Source of the DNA: an uncultured Gemmataceae bacterium
GTDB taxonomy: Bacteria; Planctomycetota; Planctomycetia; Gemmatales; Gemmataceae
Length of the DNA: 64,000 bases
Assembly: GCA_963750165.1 (NCBI GenBank)
Contig: CAVVPN010000003.1
Span: forward strand, 2,816,001-2,880,000
Direction of reading: 5' to 3'
Part shown: piece after piece, positions 54,822 to 61,399 of the stretch
How the letters are laid out: the number at the start of each line of letters is the position of its first letter
Position numbering within the stretch: the stretch's first letter is position 1
Notes under the pieces: generated by a model
Told to the model about the DNA's origin: nothing
Databases searched by the model: none
The model's input: the letters and a program-made list of their open reading frames with translations, nothing else
Program-made: the position numbers and the translations under genes

Positions 54822-56058
54822 ATGGACAGCGCCATCGTGGAAGGCGTGCTGGCGGACATCGACGGTGTGCGGCACGGCCAGGTGGTCATCGAGCGCGGTG
54901 TTATCACCGCGGTGGGGCCGGACCTGGGCGCGGCGACGCACCGCTTCGGCGACGATTGCCTGATCTTCGCCGGCATGGGCGACGTCCACATCCACGCCCG
55001 GCAGGACGTGACCGGCCGCGAGAATTACAAGGAGACGTTCGCGACCGCGGCGGCAGCGGCGCTGCACGGCGGCGTGCTGCACGTCGCCGACATGCCGAAC
55101 AACCCCGCGGCCCCGGTGGACGACGCCACCTACGCCGCCAAGGAGGCGCTGCTGACGGCGGCGGCGCTGCCGGTGACGTTCACGCTCTACGGCGGCATTG
55201 GCCCCGGCACGCGGCCGCTGCGGCGTGAGGTGCCGTACAAGGCGTACATGGGCCCGAGCGTCGGCGAGTTGTATTTCCGCTCGCTGGAGCAGCTCGACGA
55301 AACGCTGGCCCACTACCGCGGCCGGGCGGTCAGCTTCCACTGCGAGGATCCGATTTTACTGGAGCAGCACCGAGGCGCGGCGACGCACGAGGCGCGGCGG
55401 CCGCCAGCGTGTGAGATCAGTGCGACGCGCTTCGCCCTGGCAATGATCGAGAAGTACGGCCTGCGCGGCAAACTTTGTCACTACTCCGTGGCGGAGGGGC
55501 TGCCGCTGATCCGGGCCGCGAAGACGCAGGGCCTGGCGGTAACGGCAGAGGTGACGCCGCACCACGTCTTTTTCGACACCGCGATGTTGACGGACGCGAA
55601 CCGGCCGTGGATGCAAATGAACCCGCCGCTGCGCAGCCCGGCGGACCGCGCCGCCATGCTGGACGCGCTGCGGGACGGGCCGGCGGATTTTCTGGCGACG
55701 GACCACGCGCCGCACACGATCGCGGAGAAGGAGGCGCGGCGTTTCGGGGCAGCCGCACCTGGACACGTATGGGCCGTTCGTGACGTGGCTGCTGGTGGAA
55801 GAAGGGTTTCGACCGGAGCGCGTCGCGGAGCTGTGCTCGGCCAACCCGGGGGCGTTCGTCAACCCGTATCAGCATGAAAAGTATGGGCGGCTACTGCCGG
55901 GCTATGTGGGATCGCTGACGGTGCTGAACCTGCGCCGGCCGACGACGGTGCGGCGCGAGGATCTGCGGACGCGCTGCGGGTGGAGTCCGTTCGAGGGCGT
56001 GACGTTTCCGGGGGGCGTGGCGGCGGTGTTCGTGCGCGGGGAACTGACGGCTTCATAG
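54822..56058 (+). CDS. pyrC: Dihydroorotase-family amidohydrolase, frameshift near 55735
   Basis: DVHIHAR, DMPN, HCED, EVTPHH, MNPPLR, TDHAPH, WSPFEG. Confidence 0.8.
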
Positions 56059-56067
56059 GCCGATGGC

Positions 56068-56096
56068 TTGCGGACGGACGCGGTTTGCCCTAAAAT
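56068..56096 (+). promoter_or_regulatory. Putative sigma70 promoter of the EEP islet
   Basis: TTGCGG-17 nt-TAAAAT, 25 nt upstream of the ATG at 56122. Confidence 0.55.
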
Positions 56097-56121
56097 ACGA
56101 ATAATCAGAGGCTTGAGTGAA

Positions 56122-56952
56122 ATGCTGAACTTCCTTTTCTGGAATATGAAGGGCAGCAATATTGCTCTCCTCACCAGTCTGGTGAGGCAGCACAATGTGG
56201 ATGTGCTCGCCTTGGCGGAATGCCCAGTAACATCCGGCAATGTACTAATCGCACTGAATCAGCCAACGTCAGATTACTATTTTGCCCCAAGCGATTGTGA
56301 TAAACTTCAGCTGTACACTCGGTTTTCCGATCAGTTTGTGCTGCCTATTCAACAAGGAGGCAACAGCATCCGGGGTGATGACTTCAGTATTAGGCGGCTG
56401 GCCCTCCCTGGTCGGGATGAAGTGCTACTGTGTGCAGTACACTTTCCATCAAAACTGCGGCAGCAACCTGTGGATCAGACAATCTTCACGACCCATTTCG
56501 CCCGAATCTTGGCGGAAGCGGAGGCTGCTGTCGCACACTCCAGGACGGTGTTGGTTGGTGACCTGAACATGAACCCTTATGAAGACGGGGTGGTGGTCAC
56601 CGCCGGTCTTCATGCAGTGATGACTCGACGCCTGGCGATGCGCGAGACGCGGCGCGTCAAATTTGAGAGTAATCTGTTCTTTTATAACCCCATGTGGTCT
56701 CATTTTGGTGAGAAGAAGCAAGGGCACGCCGGCACCTATTACTACTCGACCCCAAAGACCAGGGCCGATTTCTGGAACGTTTACGACCAGGTACTGGTTC
56801 GGCCGGCTCTACTGCCTTTTTTTCGAGATGAAGATGTTACGATCCTTTGGCAAGACCTGGCAGCAAATAAAACACTATTAAAAGTGGATGGCAGCCCGAA
56901 CGAGAAGGACTTTTCGGACCACCTTCCCATTCTATTCCGGCTGCACATTTGA
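56122..56952 (+). CDS. Endonuclease/exonuclease/phosphatase (EEP) family protein, low GC
   Basis: FWNM, LALAE, HFPSK, GDLNMNP, DQVL, SDHLPI catalytic motifs. Confidence 0.9.
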   Translation: MLNFLFWNMKGSNIALLTSLVRQHNVDVLALAECPVTSGNVLIALNQPTSDYYFAPSDCDKLQLYTRFSDQFVLPIQQGGNSIRGDDFSIRRLALPGRDEVLLCAVHFPSKLRQQPVDQTIFTTHFARILAEAEAAVAHSRTVLVGDLNMNPYEDGVVVTAGLHAVMTRRLAMRETRRVKFESNLFFYNPMWSHFGEKKQGHAGTYYYSTPKTRADFWNVYDQVLVRPALLPFFRDEDVTILWQDLAANKTLLKVDGSPNEKDFSDHLPILFRLHI

Positions 56953-56964
56953 AGGAGGTGCCTG

Positions 56965-57354
56965 ATGTCAGACAAGGTGTCGGAAAATTTGTGGCCGACA
57001 GATTTCGGGGTGATCGCGGAGCGGACCCCCGTAGCGATCCTGCGCGAGCAGGCTCAGGCATTGGGGGAAAGGACGTCAAATATTGTCGTGGGGAGAGTTC
57101 AAACCACGGGTGACGGCTCCACTCGGATTTATCATCAGCTTAACTTGTACTGCGGCCCGTTGGGCTTCCAGATGCCTTTTTTGGCGGTCGATCACGACAT
57201 CAATCTGTACCCCGCCCGGATTATCGTTGCCGGTGAAGGCGGAATAATTCCCGTGGGAAATGAGGCCGAACTCACCGAACATCTGAAGGAGATTTTTTCA
57301 CGCGAAAAATCGAAGAAGGTGATTGCCAGTCTCATTGCCCAGAGCAAGCAGTAG
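56965..57354 (+). CDS. Hypothetical protein, partner of the EEP gene, low GC
   Basis: Strong RBS AAGGAGGT right after the EEP stop; LWP...TPVAILREQA..L...T. Confidence 0.8.
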   Translation: MSDKVSENLWPTDFGVIAERTPVAILREQAQALGERTSNIVVGRVQTTGDGSTRIYHQLNLYCGPLGFQMPFLAVDHDINLYPARIIVAGEGGIIPVGNEAELTEHLKEIFSREKSKKVIASLIAQSKQ

Positions 57355-57375
57355 TTCCCGTTTCGGGACCACACT

Positions 57376-57960
57376 TCAGGGCGCCGGCTCTGGCACCGGC
57401 AGCAGCGGCAGCAGTGCCGCCAGGTCCGCGTGCGTCAGCGGCGGCAGCGGCTGGAAGCCCTGCCGCGCTACCCGCGGCGACCGCACCACCGCCTCCTTCT
57501 CGATCAGGTAAAAGCGGTTGTAGCCGTCGCGCATTTCATTGACGGCGGTCAGATCGACCGTAAACAGGAACGCCCGCCAACGGTCGTTGAAACGCTCCAG
57601 GCTCTCGCGCAGTTCCGTCAGCGCCCGCCGCAGCGCCCGCTTCGAGGCCGTCGCCTCCACAAATACGCGCAGCCGCGGCTCCAGCTCCGCGTGCAAGCGG
57701 CACAACTGTTCCAGGTGCTCCGCCGTGGCCAGCAGCGGCCGCAGCGCTGCCGCGTCACCGGCCAGCGCGAACAGCCGGCCCACGTTCAGGCGCACCATCG
57801 GCAGCCACTCGTCGCGCTGCTGCCGGCAGCGGTGCAGCAACCGCTCCAGCGCCTCCTCCACCTCCCGCGCCCGCCGCGCGAACGCCGGCCCGCCCGCCAG
57901 CGACATCACCTCGCGGGCCAGGTTCTGATCCTGCCGGCCGACAATCGGTGTCTCGTCCAC
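57376..57960 (-). CDS. Helical hypothetical protein
   Basis: GTG start with GGAG RBS; GPAFARRA...FN.RW..F...DL..VN..R.GYNRFYLIEKE. Confidence 0.75.
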   Translation of the reverse strand: MDETPIVGRQDQNLAREVMSLAGGPAFARRAREVEEALERLLHRCRQQRDEWLPMVRLNVGRLFALAGDAAALRPLLATAEHLEQLCRLHAELEPRLRVFVEATASKRALRRALTELRESLERFNDRWRAFLFTVDLTAVNEMRDGYNRFYLIEKEAVVRSPRVARQGFQPLPPLTHADLAALLPLLPVPEPAP

Positions 57961-57989
57961 GTCTCCACCCCTGCGTGTCTCGGCAACGC

Positions 57990-58808
57990 CTACCCCATTG
58001 TACCATCCACCTTTTCCAGATGCCCGAGCGGGACGTAGTACTTCGCGTAACGCTCGCCGTCGGTGTAACGCAGGCCCTGCGGATGCGGCACCAGCACGGT
58101 CGCCCGCCGCGTGATGCGGTTCAGGATGCCCGTCAGCCGCGCACCCTCGTACTGGAACGCGACGCGGTCGCCCAGCTTCAGCGAAAACTGCACCTCCGCC
58201 TGCTCGTGCGCCGTCACCAGGTCGTGCGTCACGTCCGTGTGCGCGAACAGTCGCGCCGCCAGCCCCTTGAAGTTCGCCCGCTTGCAGCTCGACTCGTCCC
58301 AGACCAGCATCTCGATCAGATGCAGCAGTTCGTGCTCCATGATGCGCTGCAGCGCCTGCAACCGGTCGGCGCAGACCTGGCCGTTGATGCGCACCTCGCG
58401 GCGCTCGTCGGTGAAGGTCTGGAACAGCAGCGTCGTCGAGATGGCGATCTCGTAGCGGGCCTGCCAGTCTCCCGGCCCGTTCTGACCGGGGCGGCGCTTC
58501 CAGCGGTACGTCTTGCCGCCGGCTCGCGTCATGCGCGGCGCCAGCCGGAAGTTGAGCGGGCTTTGTTGCTCCGCCAGCGCCTGGCGGACGCGGCCCTGAA
58601 AGAAGCGCTCGTCGTACAGGTCGAAAAGCCGCGCCAGATCGGTCGTCGCGATCGTCGAAAAGTTGCCCGACTTGAGGTGCAGCGACTCCGTCAGCACGCT
58701 CTGGTAGATCGCCGCGGTGTGCGCGCGGACCTGCTCGGTGCTCAGGTGCGTCGTGGTGACCAGCGCCTTCAGGGCCGCGCTGGGGCCATCGTTGGATACC
58801 GGCATCAT
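57990..58808 (-). CDS. SprT-like zinc metalloprotease with C-terminal SH3/KOW-like domain
   Basis: F..YDE.FF.G, RMTRAGG, HELLHLIE (HExxH), LKLGDRVAF. Confidence 0.78.
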   Translation of the reverse strand: MMPVSNDGPSAALKALVTTTHLSTEQVRAHTAAIYQSVLTESLHLKSGNFSTIATTDLARLFDLYDERFFQGRVRQALAEQQSPLNFRLAPRMTRAGGKTYRWKRRPGQNGPGDWQARYEIAISTTLLFQTFTDERREVRINGQVCADRLQALQRIMEHELLHLIEMLVWDESSCKRANFKGLAARLFAHTDVTHDLVTAHEQAEVQFSLKLGDRVAFQYEGARLTGILNRITRRATVLVPHPQGLRYTDGERYAKYYVPLGHLEKVDGTMG

Positions 58809-59063
58809 GAATCGACAATCCTGCAACAGGGGAAGTTGAGCAAGCAGCCTCAAAATGGTAGGGGCCAGGGGTCGGTCCTGTCAATACGGCGGCAGCGCTT
58901 GCCCGAACGGCAAAATCCATGCAGCCGGCAAGTTGCGCTTCAGCGCTTACGTCCCTGCAACCGATCATCTTTTCGAGCGGTGCCGCGCTGCCTCGGAGCA
59001 GTTGCCGAAGGCGGCGCGGGGGCATCCTGGAAAGTTGTGGACGTTCGAGCAAGGAGGGGCGCC

Positions 59064-60038
59064 GTGAGTGCCAGGCAACAAGGACCGTTTCGGGAGCGCT
59101 GGCGGGCCGCGGTCGCGTGGGCGTTGACGGCCGTCGTGTGCGGCTGGGGTGCCGTGCCTTCCGCCCCAGCTCAGCCTCCCACGCTGGACGACGGCGGCGC
59201 TCAGGTGGAAACCTACCACGGGTTGCACCGCGTCGCGCCGCCACAGGAGCACGCGGCCCCGCCGCCCGCCCCGCTGCCGCAGGTGCCGGCCGTGGTCCTG
59301 CCGCCGACGACTAACGTCTGGACCAACGCTTCCGCCGTGGGGGAGTTGCTGCCGCCACTGGTCGGCAAGCGTCCCGAGGTCGATCCCGGCCTGCGCCCGG
59401 CCATGCACCGCCCGCCCGTGGAGGTGCCGCCGGTGCCGCCGCCCCCGCCGCTTTTGCAGCCTGCCCCGGTCGCCCAGGAGCCGGCCGCCGCGCCAGCCGA
59501 CCCGAAACCCAGCCCGCCGCCGCAGGAACGGCCGGCGCCGACCACCCTGGTGTTCAACAGCGCTGCCCCGGCCGAGCCGCCCCCTCCGGCGCGGCCGACG
59601 CCGGACTCCGCGGCCGTCGGGGCGTTGCACGACCTCACGCTGCTGCACGCGATCATCGCCGTGGCGGCGTTCGTCGTCGGACCGCTGGTGTCCGTGCTGG
59701 CGGTGCTGTTCCTGCTGCGCCGCTACACGGGACGCAACGGGCCGCTGGTTCGGGTGGAGTTCGTCAACGGCCAGGGGCTGACTCTGGTGTCGCAGGCCGC
59801 CGGCGCCGTGGAATCCCACCGCGTACCGGTGCCCGCGCCTGCCGAACCGGCCCCGGTGCCCGATGAGTTAGCCGGCACCGCCCAGCGCTTCGACATCGGC
59901 CCGACGTTCGCGGAGGAGCACCAGCAGCGCGAGCAGTCTCAGCGGCAACAGCAGGAGGCGACGCTGCGGCACATCTTCGAGGAGAATCTCAAGCTCCGCG
60001 GCCAGATCGCCGAACTGCCGGGCGAGGTGGAGACGTAG
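59064..60038 (+). CDS. Pro-rich single-pass membrane protein with C-terminal coiled coil
   Basis: RBS AAGGAGG and GTG start; signal-like N-terminus; long Pro/Ala linker; TM LLHAIIAVAAFVVGPLVSVLAVLFLL-RR; tail EEHQQREQSQRQQQEATLRHIFEENLKLRGQI. Confidence 0.75.
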   Translation: MSARQQGPFRERWRAAVAWALTAVVCGWGAVPSAPAQPPTLDDGGAQVETYHGLHRVAPPQEHAAPPPAPLPQVPAVVLPPTTNVWTNASAVGELLPPLVGKRPEVDPGLRPAMHRPPVEVPPVPPPPPLLQPAPVAQEPAAAPADPKPSPPPQERPAPTTLVFNSAAPAEPPPPARPTPDSAAVGALHDLTLLHAIIAVAAFVVGPLVSVLAVLFLLRRYTGRNGPLVRVEFVNGQGLTLVSQAAGAVESHRVPVPAPAEPAPVPDELAGTAQRFDIGPTFAEEHQQREQSQRQQQEATLRHIFEENLKLRGQIAELPGEVET

Positions 60039-60202
60039 GCGGGACGCTGGCACACCGGGGCACCGGGAGGCGCGGGTTGACAGAGCAAGGGGGCCAAGGG
60101 GGCCAAGGGGGCCAGCTTTTTCACACGTCGAGAATCGGCGTTCTTGAAGACAGCGCCGAACCAAATAGCGATCCATTTCTTGAGCAGGAAAGGGAAACAG
60201 GC

Positions 60203-61279
60203 ATGGACAGGGGCGTCGTCTACATCGGCATGGACCTGGGTACGTTCAAGACCTCGGTGGCCTCGTCGGCGGGCGTGCGCGACGTGATTTACAGCGCCGT
60301 CGGCCGGCCGAAGGACCACGTCGCCCGCACCATGCTCGGCCGCGATGTGGTGTTCGGCAACGACATCATCGAGCAGCGGTTGGCCCTGAACGTCATCCGG
60401 CCGTTCGAGAAGGGGGTTCTCAAGTACAACTCGAACAAGGCCGCCGGCCTGGCACAGGAGCAGAACCACGACCGCCGGGAAGCGGCCCGGTTGCTGGTCG
60501 AGCACGCGGTAGCGCTGACGCGGCCGCCCAAGGGCGCGGCGATCTACGGCGTCATCGGCGCCCCGTCACGGGCCAGCGTTGGTAATAAAAAGGTCATCCT
60601 GGAGGCGGCCCAGTCCGCCTTCGACGCGGTGATGATTGTCTCGGAGCCGTTCACCATCGCCTACGGCATGAACCGCCTGACCGATACGCTGGTCATCGAC
60701 ATCGGCGCCGGCACCACGGACCTGTGCCCGATCTGCGGCACCTTCCCGACCGAGGAGGAGCAGGTGACGGTGCCGCTCGGCGGCGACTTCATCGACGAGC
60801 ACTTCCAGAAGCTGATGCGCAAGGTGTACCCCGAGGCGCAGCTGTCGATGAACATGGTGCGCGAGATCAAGGAGAAGTACGGCTTCGTTCACGACCTGAA
60901 CGAGAAGGTGATCGTCAACCTGCCGGTCCAGGGCAAGCCGAAGGCGTTCGACGTGACCGGGCCGCTGAAGGAGGCGTGCAAGTCGATCGTGGCGCCGATC
61001 CTGCAAGGGCTGCGCGATCTGATTGGCCGCTTCGACCCGGAGTTTCAGCAGCGGATGCTGAACAACATCGTGCTGGGCGGCGGCGGCAGCCAGCTCAAGG
61101 GCCTGGACCGCGTGATCGAGGACGCGCTGAAGGAGTACGGCGGCGGCAAGGTGCGGCGCGTCAGCGACGCGGTCTTCGCCGGGGCCGTTGGGGCGCTGAA
61201 GCTGGCGATGGGCATGCCGCTGGATTGCTGGGACGGGTTGCTGTCGGCCAGGCACGCGGAGGTGGTGGAGGCGGCGTGA
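60203..61279 (+). CDS. mamK: MamK-like bacterial actin
   Basis: Actin motifs GMDLGTFKT, SEPF, DIGAGTTD, LGGGGS; MamK-type segments VG.PKD, IG.PSRAS..NK, DVT.PLK.AC, F.PEFQ...L.NIV, GALKLA..P...W. Confidence 0.85.
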   Translation: MDRGVVYIGMDLGTFKTSVASSAGVRDVIYSAVGRPKDHVARTMLGRDVVFGNDIIEQRLALNVIRPFEKGVLKYNSNKAAGLAQEQNHDRREAARLLVEHAVALTRPPKGAAIYGVIGAPSRASVGNKKVILEAAQSAFDAVMIVSEPFTIAYGMNRLTDTLVIDIGAGTTDLCPICGTFPTEEEQVTVPLGGDFIDEHFQKLMRKVYPEAQLSMNMVREIKEKYGFVHDLNEKVIVNLPVQGKPKAFDVTGPLKEACKSIVAPILQGLRDLIGRFDPEFQQRMLNNIVLGGGGSQLKGLDRVIEDALKEYGGGKVRRVSDAVFAGAVGALKLAMGMPLDCWDGLLSARHAEVVEAA

Positions 61280-61313
61280 CTTGCTTGGTTCGTCGTTCCG
61301 CCTTCTGGTTCCT

Positions 61314-61375
61314 GGACGGAGCCCGAGCGCCAGCGCGGGGCAGCGCTGCCCCGCGCTGGCGCTCGGGCTCCGTCC
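61314..61375. repeat. Perfect 62-bp spacerless palindrome, REP family A
   Basis: GGACGGAGCCCGAGCGCCAGCGCGGGGCAGC followed immediately by its reverse complement. Confidence 0.92.
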
Positions 61376-61399
61376 CAATACGCCAACGACCGGCTCCGC

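Noticed and set aside
11370..56058. About 18 frame breaks in about 12 genes (both TPRs, DUF1559, S8, AhpD-like, ptsP, RdgC-like, HEAT, aldo/keto reductase, hydrolase, ArnT-like, dihydroorotase) as pseudogenes or programmed frameshifts
   Set aside because: They are isolated indels in GC-rich context, I saw no in-frame nonsense codons, catalytic motifs are intact and there is no common slippery motif. Long-read consensus error is the simplest explanation; read polishing would settle it.
57961..59244. Long upstream extensions of ORFs 57376-59244 (-) and 57948-60038 (+)
   Set aside because: They overlap the SprT-like gene; RBS-supported GTG starts at 57960 and 59064 give non-overlapping genes
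60203..61279. Evidence that the organism is magnetotactic
   Set aside because: No other mam/mms/mad genes in the window; a MamK-like actin alone is insufficient
60203..61279. Canonical mreB
   Set aside because: Lacks typical MreB segments such as DLGTANT and the EPSVVA region, and there is no mreC/mreD next to it
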